Program-made: the position numbers and the translations under genes
Notes under the pieces: model-generated
Database searches by the model: none
What the model saw: only the letters and a program-made list of their open reading frames with translations
What the model was told of the DNA's origin: nothing
Assembly: GCF_009914755.1 (NCBI RefSeq)
Contig: NC_060940.1
Source of the DNA: the human T2T-CHM13v2.0 reference genome, Homo sapiens
Length of the DNA: 64,000 bases
Direction: 5' to 3' (one strand)
Shown: one piece after another, positions 13,337-29,559 of the stretch
Layout of the letters: each line of letters begins with the position of its first letter
Position numbering within the stretch: the stretch's first letter is position 1

Positions 13337-14628
13337 CTGGAATAACACATAAGGATAACACACTGAGAACTCTGTGCTTTGCAAAGTCAACACTAGAAAC
13401 CGATGCGTAAACAACGCGGCAAAAATAAGTTACCTTGCTTTTACCTAGATGGGTCGAATAATTCCCAGGAGAGGCAGCAATGACTGTGAGTCATGCTGCT
13501 GTGGTTCTTGGGAAGCCCAGCTCCCTTTTCTATAACCATCCACCCGTAAGGAATGTAAGTTCAACTCATTCACTTTCAGTCTTGACTATTTTTTCACACA
13601 CTGGCCTTGAAGGAACCAGGAGGGCTTAAGAGTGACGGATGGGGGCTTTTCTAAGCATATTTATTATAACACACAGGCCGAATGCTTGTGAATCAGGCTT
13701 TTCTTGGCTCGGGACAATAAAACAGCCCAGTCGTTGGCAGGGGGTTTTAAGAATGCAAATCTGTGATTCTGTCTTTGAGCCTGTTCCAAACCAATGCAAA
13801 CCAATGCCTAGCATACCATTCAAAAGGCCAGGAAAACCTAAATTCCCTCTAGAGATCAAAGACCATCCCTGATTTACATAAAAAAAAAAAAAAAAAGAAG
13901 AATGCTCAGGTTGAGTTATGGAGTTGGAACATGATATAAAGAATGGAAACCCAATTTACACATGTAAACTGGCTCAGACCTTGTTTCTGAAAGAAGCATG
14001 TAGCTATGTTTGGAAATTAAATGTGGAGATGAGAGTGCATCTTTGGATTGCTGGAGAAACAAAATGGTGTCATTCCAAGGAGGCAAACGTAAACAATGAC
14101 AATTCTGCTGAAGGTCTGTTTGGCATCAGATAGTAGTAAACCTGCTTCTGTGTTTGAGGGAGAGAAACAGTAACTGCTTCAATTTCTTAAGACATCTCTT
14201 AGGGAATGGGAGAACCTGGTACCCAGCTGGGGAGGAGTCAACAGAGGGGTGACCGGGGACCTTAAACTAGGCTGGATGTCAGCAAAATCTGCTAGGGGCG
14301 CTCCATCATTCTGGGCTTTTTCCAAAAGTCACCTCCCAGGGACAGAGTGAAAGCCAAATAATTCACTGGGTCCAACAGCCTCAAGGATTACAAACTCTTT
14401 CAAACGAATCTACAGATGGTTTTCTAAATAGAGGTGGGTATTCTGTGTGTGGAGAAAAGGGGTAGAAAGGGAAAGAAGAAAAATAAAAGCATTGCATGCG
14501 TTTGAGCTGTGGCGGTCCTTGCAGGCCACATGGGCAGCCTCCATGGAGGAGTATGTCCCTGTTGAAGCTGCTCCCCGACACCGTAGACTCCTAGGCTTCC
14601 TACCCCCACATCACATCTTGATACTTAC

Positions 14629-14765
14629 GGTCCCACCGTTGAGCACGACGGCCATCTCAGTTGGCTGATACACGTTGCTTCTAAACGGAGCGCTGGGTCT
14701 TTTCCCCAAGCTGCCACTGGGTCTTTTTCCCAAGCTGCCGTTGGGAAATCCTGCTGTTCGGAGAG
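14629..14765 (-). CDS. GPRC5B: GPRC5B coding exon 3 (ALRTAGFPNGSLGKRPSGSLGKRPSAPFRSNVYQPTEMAVVLNGGT)
   Basis: Acceptor ccctccctcccccAG|CT and donor ACC|GTAAGT. 137 nt, continues the phase of exon 2 (1030+137=1167 nt, 389 codons). Confidence 0.98.
14692..14739 (-). repeat. GPRC5B: 24-bp coding tandem duplication (GSLGKRPS x2)
   Basis: gctgggtcttttccccaagctgcc / actgggtctttttcccaagctgcc, 22/24 identical. Confidence 0.95.
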
Positions 14766-15422
14766 CTGGGGGAGGGAGGGATTGGCAAGACAACATTGCC
14801 AAAAAAAAGACACAATTTTGTTTTCTTCCCCTGCAACAACAGCGCGCTCCGGGCACCCCCATCCACCCAACCCAGTGGCTCCTCCCCTTTGTCACAAGCC
14901 TGATTCAAAACAAAAGTCACAAAGGGGCTTTGTTCTCAGGCTCTCTAGGAGCCTGACCCATCTCAGTGGGTTTGGGAAAAGCTGCTGTAGAGACCAGGGG
15001 AAGGAGGCCCATGGTTGGGCCTCTGGTTCCCCCTCCAAGCCACGCAGCCTCTGCAGGCCGCGGGTGACAGGCGCCTTCTCACTACAGAAAGCCATTCATG
15101 TAAAGTTCAGCATCACACTACTCAAAACTGCTTGCTGTTTCTGGACACACACTGAGGAGGAAGCTGCTAAGAGTCTTCACTGGAAAGTGACCAGGGATGA
15201 GAACAGGGGGACTCTAACCACATGTGTAGGGTTATTCCAAACAAGAATAAAAGGGAGACCTAAAGCCAAGATGGCATGTCGGCACTTTTTCCCTCTGAAA
15301 GATGGGTAAAACCGGTGTTTCTTATTTACTGAACTTTTAGAGATTTGAACTTCCTTTTTGTTAAAGAAAAGCTAACATGAAAAGACATGGAGGAATCTAA
15401 CAAACAAAAAAAAAGGGTAGAA

Positions 15423-15791
<369 letters not shown>

Positions 15792-15908
15792 TTACTTGGG
15801 GCAGGGACCAAAATCACCTTAGTTATACAGTTAAGCTTCACAGAGCGCCAACCAGGAGCCAGGCACTGTGCAAAGTACTTTATATATATTAACCATTAAC
15901 TCATTTAA

Positions 15909-16592
<684 letters not shown>

Positions 16593-16790
16593 GCATTCGA
16601 TTCTTATAGGACCTCAAACCCTACTGTGAATTGTGGATGTGAGGGATCTAGGTTGCACGCTTCTTATGAGAATCTAATGCTTGACAATCTAAGGTGGAAC
16701 AGTTTCATCCTGAAACCGCCCCCCAACCCCCCCGCAACCTTGATCCATGGAAAGATTGTCCGTGGTGCCAAAAAGTTTGGGGACAGCTGC
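16593..16790 (+). mobile_element. MER1-like hAT fragment
   Basis: gagggatctaggttgcacgct...gtggaacagtttcatcc...ggtgccaaaaagtttggggacagctg. Confidence 0.75.
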
Positions 16791-17702
16791 TTTAGCCTAC
16801 TCACATTGGATTTTTTATTACTTGCAACTTACTTCAAGAAGCCCAACTAACACCCTACCCACACCTGGGCCAGAGACAAAGGCAAGCCAGGCTCACCCAC
16901 CTTGCTTAGGACCTCTCCTAAGACAAGAGGTCCCCTTAGGAATCAAAGCTCAAATGGCTGGATGCCAGCCTTTTCTTGCATAGACCCTGCATGTGATGCC
17001 AGGCTGGCCTTGCCCCCAAAGCCAACTCGGGGCCTTCTAGCAAGAAGCAAAAAGTTGTTTTAAATAGGCCTTGGCCCTAATGAGATCTGACAGCCCAAAG
17101 CCCCTAATAGAGGAAAGAACACTTTTCTTTCTTGCTCTGTTGAAAGCCAACATTTCATGTGCCTTGTTAATGCTTTCCAAGATGTGATTCGAGGTGCTAC
17201 ATCTCTCAGTGTATTTTAATCTTTTATCACATACCTTATGCCTTGTTGATACTTACTAATAAGCAGCAGGTGGGTGAAGTTGTATCTATCTGAGGTCTCA
17301 CTCAGTGGAAGGATATAGGGTGTGGAGGCTTCTGGGGCTTGGCAAAGCCACAGGCCAGCCTGGAGAATGCCCTTCCCACCGCATGAGCATGTCAAGGATG
17401 GACTCTCAAAGGAAGAGAGCCCAAAAGGCTAAAATGCAAGAGAAACTGGGCCAACCATAGCTCCTGGGCACCGGCGATTCTGTGAGACCCAAGGGCTCAA
17501 GGATAAGGCCTCTGCCTCATGGGGCCTGGTTCCTAAAATACAAGCTGGCTGAGGTCAGCACCAAAGATGCCAACGGCTGCTCCTCCTGTGGCAAGGGAGC
17601 ATGCCAGATAGTCCCCAGCCAGCAAAGCAAGGGTTTCTAGAACAAAGGCCATCTAGCCAGGACTCCAACTTAGCCTTTCTGTGGGAGCTTTGCCCGGTCT
17701 CA

Positions 17703-17998
17703 TTTTTTTTTTTTTTTTTTTGTCAGGGTCTCTGTCTCAGGCTGGGGTACAGTGGTGTGAATACGGCTCATTGCAGCCTCGACCTCCGTAGCTCAAGTCA
17801 CTCTCTCACCTCAGCCTCCCAAGTAGCAGGGACTACAGGCACACGCCACCATGCCTGGCTTATTTTTAGTTTTTTTTTTTGTAGAGACAGGGTCTCCCTA
17901 TGCTACTCAGGCTGGTCTCAAAATTCCTGAGCTCAAGTAATCCTCCTGCCTCAGCCTCCCAAAGAGCTGGGATACAGTTGTGAGCCACTGCACCCAGC
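17703..17998 (-). mobile_element. AluJ
   Basis: Antisense dimeric Alu. Confidence 0.9.
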
Positions 17999-18175
17999 TT
18001 CATGTGAATTTTGGTGGACACACATTTGGGATGATTCAAAAGAAGTCTATTTTTAAAAAGGTCTGACAACACCCAAGGTTGCTGAAGAGGTGGAGAGATG
18101 GGGCTTCGATGCGTTTATCAAGGGGAAGGACAGTCCACTGGTCTACCTTTCTGGGGTGCCATCTGGCCATATGTA

Positions 18176-18375
18176 CAGTAATTCCTCACTTGATGCCATC
18201 AAAAGGTTCTTGAAAACTCTGACTTTAAGTGAAGGAACATACAAGAGATCCTCAAATAGTGTCATTGTTTTGCTACTGAAATTGATGAGGAAAAAACTGG
18301 CTTTATTATACATCATTTCACTTAAAGTCGCAGTTTACAAGAACCTGCTAATAATGTCAAGTGAGGACTTTACTG
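18176..18375. mobile_element. TcMar-Tigger MITE (MER6B-like) inserted in an old L1
   Basis: Long imperfect terminal inverted repeats CAGTAAttcctcacttga.../...tcaagtgaggactTTACTG with TA on both sides. Confidence 0.8.
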
Positions 18376-18693
18376 TATCAAGATTTGAAGTGCAGGCTCT
18401 TTAACCCACATTTAGAAAAATTTTTTTGCAAGGAGTGAATTGATCAAAAGCCTGAAGATGAATGCATAAGAATGTTCATTGCAGCACTGTTTATCGTTGA
18501 GAGTCAGAAGCAGGCAGAATATTCACCAGCTGAAGATTAAAAAAAGGAGACTGTAGCTCTGCAGTTACCTCTGTAACATTGATTTAAAGCAAGCACGCTG
18601 AAGAACGTCACTTAGACCAGCGGTTTCAACCTGGTTACATCCGAGAATCACTTGGAGAGCTTAAAAAATACCTAATACCAAACTCAGACTTAA

Positions 18694-19471
<778 letters not shown>

Positions 19472-20009
19472 TATTATTTTTACTTGTTGAACCTACATGA
19501 TTCCACTGATTCTATATGATTATTGTTGCTTATTTGCCACCAAGAAGGAGTAATAAATATTTTTGCTTTGGAAAAGAAAGAGGGGAATAGAAAGACAACT
19601 TCCTTGGCTTCGGAATGTGTCACTATGAAACAGATGTGAAACACATAAGGTGTGCCGCACCTTATTGATAAGTCTGGACTCTTCATCATCCCCGCGCCAG
19701 CCCCAGCTCTGCTGACACCAACCTGGGTCCCAGAGCCCTTGCATCTCTGGATCTTATCTGGCTATAAAGTCTTGGCTGCATTTTTACAAGAAAGGATGTC
19801 AGTAGTGGAATTCAGGAAACCAACTTTTTCCCTTCCTGCTCTGCCGTGTATTTATAGCCTATGCTTGAACAAGTTGCCTGACATCCCCGGGCTCAGTTTT
19901 CCACTCTGTAAAACGGGTCTTATAGTCCTCATCTTTCCAAATGCACAGAGTGGTCCTGACACCTCAGTGAGATGAGGGGCGCTTAAGCGCTTTATGGAGA
20001 GGAGGGTAA

Positions 20010-20280
20010 TTCCATGACACAGGGGTCAGGCATGCGGGCTCTGGAGCTATCCCGCCTGGGTTCAAACTCTTGGCTCTGCCTGGATTTAAACTCTTCCTCT
20101 GCCTGGGTTCAAATTCCGGCTCTGCCTCTTGGGCAAACTGCTTAGCCTCTCTGTGCCTCAGTTTCCTATCTGCAAATCAGAACTCATGCAGTTATTGTAG
20201 AGATTAAAAGAGATCAGCCACTAAAATGCTCAGAATGATACCGGGCCCCCAGGAAGCCCCCAACAGAGGTTAGTTATCTT
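20010..20280 (+). mobile_element. MIR with a triplicated B-box segment
   Basis: ctctctgtgcctcagtttcctatctg core; three ~23-bp repeats at 20054-20123. Confidence 0.75.
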
Positions 20281-20560
20281 ACACTGTAAAGGCCATGATA
20301 CTTGGGTAGCTCTGGCATCGTGGTTTTACTTCAAGAAACGGAATCATCATGTTCAACAACACACTGGTTCTTCACCTTTTGGGGGTCATGGGTGGCTTTG
20401 AGAATCTGACAAAGCCATAGAACAATTCCCTAGAGAAACATATGTTAAAACCTCGTCTCCAGTGTGATGATATTAGATGGTAGAGCCTTTGGGAGGTGAT
20501 TAGGCCATCAGGGTGGAGGCTTCGTGAGTGAGATTCGTGTCCTTATAAAAGAGGCTCCAA

Positions 20561-21193
<633 letters not shown>

Positions 21194-21829
21194 ATGAATG
21201 TATAAAAGTTTGTATCCGTTTCAGGAATTCTTGCTATTTTTGAGTTCCAGAGGGAGTTTGGGCCAGCAGAGAGATGGCCCAACCAGGAACCCAGGAACTG
21301 ACCAGCTCCCGATCTCTGCTCACGACATTCCCTGAAGGGCCCGTCCTCTGGGTTCCCAGTGCTGATCTCTGTCCTGATCCCTATCTTCTGGCATCCCAGG
21401 GAGCCAGCCTCCAAGCTGGGCTGACTCTGCCATCCCTGCCAAATCTCAACAAACACGGGCTTGCCAACCTGGAGCTTCCTGGTAAGAAGAGAGCAGCTGA
21501 TAAAGCCACACTGGGATTTCCAGCCCTATCTAGCGGAGAGGCCACTGGCGTTCCCTCCTAGAGATCTGGCCAGGGGGAGGGGGCCCATCCACGCGGGACA
21601 GAGGGATGTGGATGGCCTTGGATAGGATAAGCAGCTGCTGAGCATGGCCCATGCACCAGCCTCCTGGGTGAATGTCACTGAAGAGGGAATCATGACAATC
21701 TGAAGTCCTCGGACAAGTCATTTAATTCTCAGAGCCTCCATTTATTCACCCATAAGATGGGGATAATAACAAGATTTACCTCATTAGGTGGTAGTGAGGA
21801 CTAATGAGCTAATGCAGGTCAAATATTTA

Positions 21830-22150
<321 letters not shown>

Positions 22151-22579
22151 TCACAATAGTGTCTGACACATAGTTAGTGCTCAACAAATGATGACAATAC
22201 TAGTTATTATTATTATTAATGTTGTAGCCCCTGATGCATCTTCAAAGAACCGAGAAAGGGCAAGTTTATTTAATCTCAAGTGCTGGGACCCTGGCTGACT
22301 CCCTTCAAGTAATGATTCTACGAGATACTTTTCAAGTATCAATAGCAGGGGATTTGGGTTCCTGTATCACATCCCCTAGGTAGGTCCTATTGGGTTCCTA
22401 TGCCACATCCCCTAGATAGGACCTCACTTCTGAAGCCCCCTGCAGCAGTAGCAGATAGTCCTGGGTACCCAGATAACATCCATCTCAAGCGCTCAGCAAG
22501 TCTGTTTTTCTGCCTTGGAACTGATGATACTTATCCACCCCAGTCACCAGAATTATAGGGGATGTTAATAACACTGGGG

Positions 22580-22962
<383 letters not shown>

Positions 22963-23739
22963 TCAGCATATGTCCTCAGAGGATTCCCAGCACAAATGAG
23001 CCCCTGTTGCCCGTGGTAGTAACTAGCTCATTAATGTGCTTGTTTTATCTTCTCTGCCTTCTCAGTCTCATTCTCCCTGTCCTCTCCCTTGCAGGGACCA
23101 CTTCCCCACGAAACCACCTGCACTGGAGCCCTTGTGTCTCAGATTCTTCTTTCAGTGGAAGCCAAGTCAGATGCACAGAGAACATACCAGGTACCAAGAG
23201 GGCTTTGTACTCACTGTGTTCCTTCTCCTAACAGCTCTATGAGGTACAGTCTCTTACTATTTCTAGTTCACAGATGAGAAAAACTGAGGCTCACGAAAGT
23301 AATATAATTTCCTCAAAGCCACACATCTAGGAAGTGGCAGAGGCAAAATTTGAACGCAGACATCTGCCTCCAGGGCCCAAATTAGTACATTCCCGGTAAC
23401 TGAGCTAGGAGAGGGGATGGGAGCAATCCCCGCTGTGGCCCCCTACATCCATCCAGCACATGGGTTGAAGACTCAAATGCTTTGGGGGAGCCAGGGAATT
23501 AATGTTACTATCCTATATAGCAGCTGGGTCAGGTGCAATAGAGAGCGGTAGAGAGTGCGGTGAACAGAAAAGTGGATTCCCATCTAAAGGGCAGCCACAA
23601 GTCCAGGAGGGGCCAGAGGCAGGGCCCTTCCAGTGCACATGGGCTCAAGTCAGTTTCAGACCATTGCAGCCTGGTGGAAATGTTGGTCCAGTGTTGCCAG
23701 ATTTGACTTTGCAAAAGAAGCCAGAAACCTGTATTTTTA

Positions 23740-24437
<698 letters not shown>

Positions 24438-24607
24438 CCAAACCCATATCTGGGTCAGTTTCAGCCCAGGAGTCAACATTTGTGGGTTCTGATCTGCTAG
24501 GACTGCCCCAGGTACTGGGACCGCCCATCCCCACTGAAGAGGAAGAAGAGTATCTTTTGAGATGAATGGTCCCCCGGCCTGACCCAGCCGGGTGGTGCCC
24601 ACTTTAC

Positions 24608-25637
24608 CTGCATTGTGTTCATCCATGGAGAAGGCCTTGTTCTCCATATAGGCCCGCGGCAGCTGCACGTCCTCCTCGAAGGCCGTCTCCCGCATCCTGG
24701 GCTGCGACGTGTCGAAGTAGTTGGGCGTGTTCTCCTGCAGGGCTGGCAGAAGGGTGCAGTGGATCTCAGGGATGGCGTGGAAGATGACGAAGACCCAGCC
24801 GCTGGCCGCCAGCGTGATGGCCAAGGTGGGGTCGTTCCAGGCATCCCCCTGCTGCAGCTTGACATTGCCGAAGAGGTACATGGTCATCCAGGCCACCCAG
24901 ATGAGCACAGAGAGGAAGGCTGTGATGAGGAGGAAGGCCCCGTTCAGCTTCCACCTCTTGAACTTGCCGCACAGAGTGAAGAGGGCCAGCCCCAGGGTGA
25001 CCACAAGCAGTACCATGTCGTAGATGAGGGCCATCACAAAGTCCATGGGCTCGTAGGCGCAGGCTGGCCTTGTGTCACGCAGCACGGTGAGCACCAGCCA
25101 CTCCACAGCGATGATGACTTGCACCAGCATCAGGCACAGCGCCAGGCCCACCAGCTGCCAGCCCGCGGGGCCCGTGCCATGCCGCACCAGCCTCCGCACG
25201 CGCCATGCCTGGCTCAGCAGGCAGGAGAAGCAGAGCGCAAAGAGGACGCCCCAGAGGAAGCGGCGGACAGAGCAGATGGTCTCGTCCTCCTGGATGATGA
25301 AGGCAAACGTCAGCCCAAAGAGGCCCAGGGTCCCCAGGAGGAACAGAAAGTGGAGGCCCACAGGGCTCTTCTTCTCCTTCTCCTTGATGAAGGGCAGCCG
25401 CACCAGGAGGATGAGCATCAGGAGCAGTGTGATCAGGGCGCCCGCCCCGGCCACCGCCTCCACCACAATGCCCCAGATGGCGTCCAGGTCGCACAGGGAC
25501 ACGTACTGAGGGAGGAGGTCCAGCCCACAGCCTCGGGATGTGCTGGCGTTTTCAGAGGCCACCGAGGTGATCACGAAGAGCAGGAGGAAGGTGAGCACCT
25601 GGTGAGCTCTCATCTTTCTCTCTGATGCCACGAACAT
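24608..25637 (-). CDS. GPRC5B: GPRC5B coding exon 2 (codons 1-344: signal peptide, 7TM domain, start of the cytoplasmic tail)
   Basis: Translates MFVASERKMRAHQVLTFLLLFVITSVAS...MDEHNA with seven hydrophobic segments, matching GPRC5B. Acceptor tttctAG|A-ATG (exon starts at 25638) and donor GCAG|GTAAAG at 24608/24607. 1030 coding nt, phase 1. Confidence 0.99.
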
Positions 25638-25975
25638 TCTAGAAAAGCCAAGAGGGGAATGGTTGGGGGGAAGGAAAGATGAATTCATTGGAAGACTCCC
25701 CCTCTCCTGACTTCTTGAAGAAGACTCGCCTCATTTCAAACCTGCAAGCGCACATGGCACCTTTGCACACATAGGAAAACGTGCTCCTTTCCTCAGGCAC
25801 GGAGGTTTTGGGACCCATCTGTACCCTTGGCTGGGTGCAGTGAAGAACCGTGAATCATCATCACTGGTGGCTGAAGGACAGGGTAGGAGGGAGGCCAACT
25901 TCTCTGTATACCCTTTTGTATTCTTTGAATTGGATACTCTGTGCCACATCTGACCTCTTGAAAAATAAGAGGAAG

Positions 25976-26290
<315 letters not shown>

Positions 26291-26566
26291 AGGGGAAAAA
26301 AATGAAACTTTAAAGACACAGCCACAGGCCAAGTGCTGCACTGGGAGAATGAGTGGCACACATTACCTGGTCTCAGCCTCTCGAGGCTAACAGCTAACAG
26401 CCAGGAATTGGACACATCCAGTCCTCACAATGCCCTGTGAGACAGCTCCTATTAGGACCTCCATCTTACAGGTGACAATACAGAGTCTCCAGGAGGTGAC
26501 AACCTTTGCACAAGGTCACACAACTCAACTCCTGGGTGCGACCTCACTCCGCGGGCTCCCAGCATT

Positions 26567-26846
26567 TCTTTCCTTTTTTGTTTTTATTTGAGACGGAGTC
26601 TGTCTGTCGCCCAGGCTGGAGTGCAGTGGCGCAATCGGAGGCTCACTACAGCCTCTGATTCCCCAGGTTCAAACGATTCTCCTGCCTCAGCCTCCTGAGT
26701 AGCTGGGATTACAGGCGTGCGCCACCACGCCTGGCTAAATTTTTTTGTATTTCTAGTAGAGACTAGGTTTCACCATGTTGGCCAGGCTGGTCTCGAACTC
26801 CTGACCTCAGGTGATCCACCCGCCTCGGCCTCCCAAAGTGCTGGAA
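26567..26846 (-). mobile_element. AluS
   Basis: Antisense Alu, slightly 5'-truncated; flanks repeat tcccagcattt. Confidence 0.9.
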
Positions 26847-27337
26847 TCCCAGCATTTCAAATGTAGTAAACACAAAAGCAGCTGTCTTCCTTGGTTCCAG
26901 GCTGCGTCTCTCCCTCACCTCCCACGCTCGCTCTCTAGAACATCTCTGGAGGATTCCCCGGAGTGCCTCTCTCCCTGGGAAACCTGCAGAATTCTCCCTG
27001 CTGCCCTCTCTCTTGCCCATATACGAGCTGGAGTCCACACAGCAGCCTCAGCGATGGGCCTAACCCAAGTCTCCTCTTGCCCCTCTGCTCCCTCTGCCTG
27101 GCCACTCCTCCTCCCAGTGCTGAGCTCAGCTCTGATGCCATCAACTCAGACTTGGCCAAGGTCACACCCCAGTCCTCTCCACCACAGCCTCTGGTCTAAT
27201 CACGTCTGTCATTTTTTGGCTGTTTACTTTGTTTCTGCCTTCCCTTCCTCCTGTCCTCCCATCCTCACTTCCTCCATTGCAAGACGTGGCAGGGCAGGGA
27301 CATGGTCTCTCTTGTTCACCGGCAGACAAGGCTCCTT

Positions 27338-27542
27338 CAGTCTTGGCACGACTGACATTTGGGCTGGGTTGTTCTCTGTCATGGGGGACTGTGCATTGCA
27401 GGATGCTTAGCAGCATCGCTGGGTTCTACCCACTGGATACCGGTAGCACGTCCCCTCCTCCAACTGTGACAACCCAAAATGTCTCTAGACAGTGCTAGAT
27501 GTCCCCTGGGGGAGCAAAATCACCTGGATGAGAACCATGGCT
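27338..27542 (+). mobile_element. MER20
   Basis: ggcacgactgacatttgggctgg...gtgacaacccaaaatgtctctagaca...aaaatcacc...gagaacca. Confidence 0.8.
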
Positions 27543-28289
27543 GTAGACTCAAGCTCGACACACAGCACCTGGCACGATGTTTAGTAAATACTGAATGAAT
27601 GAGAAACATAGTGAGGACTGTCCCCTACCTCACGGCTACCAGCTCCTTCCCTTTTTTTTTTTTTTTTTCTCTAACGGCCCCTTGCTTTTGAAGGGAGCCT
27701 GGTCTTTAGGAAAGCCACAGCCCGCACAGCTGGCTGGATGCTTGTTTCCTGGCCTCTCAAGCCAGACTTACTGCCCCAGCTCAACCCACGTGTGGGGTTG
27801 TGACCAGCTGCTCTCCCCGGGCTCCAGTACGTCCCTGGGGCTTCCCTAAGTAAATGCGGTATCGACCACCTCACTGTTACAGAGATCCTGTGAGCATCTC
27901 AGATCCTGCCCTGGCTGTGAGGCTTTCCAGTGGCATAAATTATTGATGTTACTGAAGGAAAAGGTGCCTGGGGCTGTCGGGCTCATGTCCTTTGCCTACT
28001 GATGAGAGGAGGCAGCCTCAGAATAGAAGGCATCTGGCCAGCATTCCGCCCCAGCATCCTGCTCAGGTACCTTCCGGGGTGAGGATGCACCCCAGGCATC
28101 GGTCGGCCTGCAATCCAGCACTTATTCGTGGTCCTGCCACGTCGGTCACTGACGTGCCACCACAGCTACTTATGCTTTGTCCACACACCACCTGGGCGGT
28201 TATTTACTTAACTTTTGAATCAACCCACTTACAAGAAAACCAAACACATTCAAGTATTTATCTCCAGACATTTTTAAATTGCTCATTGA

Positions 28290-28677
<388 letters not shown>

Positions 28678-28982
28678 CTAGCACAATTGCTTGTCACGAG
28701 GTACTAAAGCACACGAGGGATCAAAATTTAAGAACTGGAGGTGTCAGAACAAAATGCCAACAGTCCCCGACCCAGTGGAGGGGCCCTGGAATGGATTCCC
28801 CTGAGACATCTCATCAATGGCCAGCTCAGTTAAGAGACTTCTCAGCAAGTTTCAGCAAGCAATGCTGCAAGCAGCCTCTCTAATCCCATCCAGCCCCAGG
28901 GTGGCTGGGAGGATGACAGGCAGGAATGTGCTTTGCAGTCCTCATTACCACCGATTCCCCAACCCCTCCTCACCCAGTAGGC

Positions 28983-29200
28983 CAGTGGTTCCGAACCAGT
29001 TGCAGTTTTGACCCCAAGGGGACATTTGGCAATGTCTAGAGACATTTTCGGTTGTCACAACTAGGGAGGGAGATGCAATTGGTATCAGGGGGATAGAGAC
29101 CAGCAATGCTGCCAAACATCCTACAATAGGACAGCTCCCATGAGAAAGGATTATCCAGCCCTACAGGTCAACTGTGCCAAGGTGGAGCAAGCCTGGTTTA
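28983..29200 (-). mobile_element. MER20 (opposite orientation)
   Basis: ggggacatttggcaatgtctagagacatttt...ggttgtcacaactaggg. Confidence 0.75.
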
Positions 29201-29559
29201 GGCACGTAAAGAGAGAATCGATGGGGAAGATGCCACAAAACCAGCCAGGCCCCTCAGCAGCAGGCCTGCACCCTGGGTCTCCTTGCAAGAACTTGGCCTT
29301 CTGAAGCTGTTTCCATTCACTCCCGGAGGGGGTTCTCTCTTTTCCAGACCTGGCTGCAAATTGGGACTTTTGTTTCTCCAGCTCCTCCCACTTCCTGCTC
29401 AGCCATGCAGTCGCAACAGAAAACCTATGTGGAGGATGCCAACACCAAGATGGCGACCAAGCTTCTGAAATGGTGCAGAGTTCTATGGCCCTGGTCCAGG
29501 TTTCCAGCTCCTGACTCCTCTCTGACATGGGAAATAGATACACTCTTGCTTTCTGTTTT

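Noticed and set aside
13434-13483. Possible 39-nt cassette exon (SLLPLLGIIRPI*) with donor-like GTAAAA/GTAACT sites before exon 4
   Set aside because: The acceptor has almost no pyrimidine tract; not supportable without junction data.
24615-25625. 336-aa plus-strand ORF antisense to GPRC5B exon 2, and other overlapping ORFs
   Set aside because: Coextensive with the real exon; a shadow of GC-rich codon usage with no recognisable protein features.
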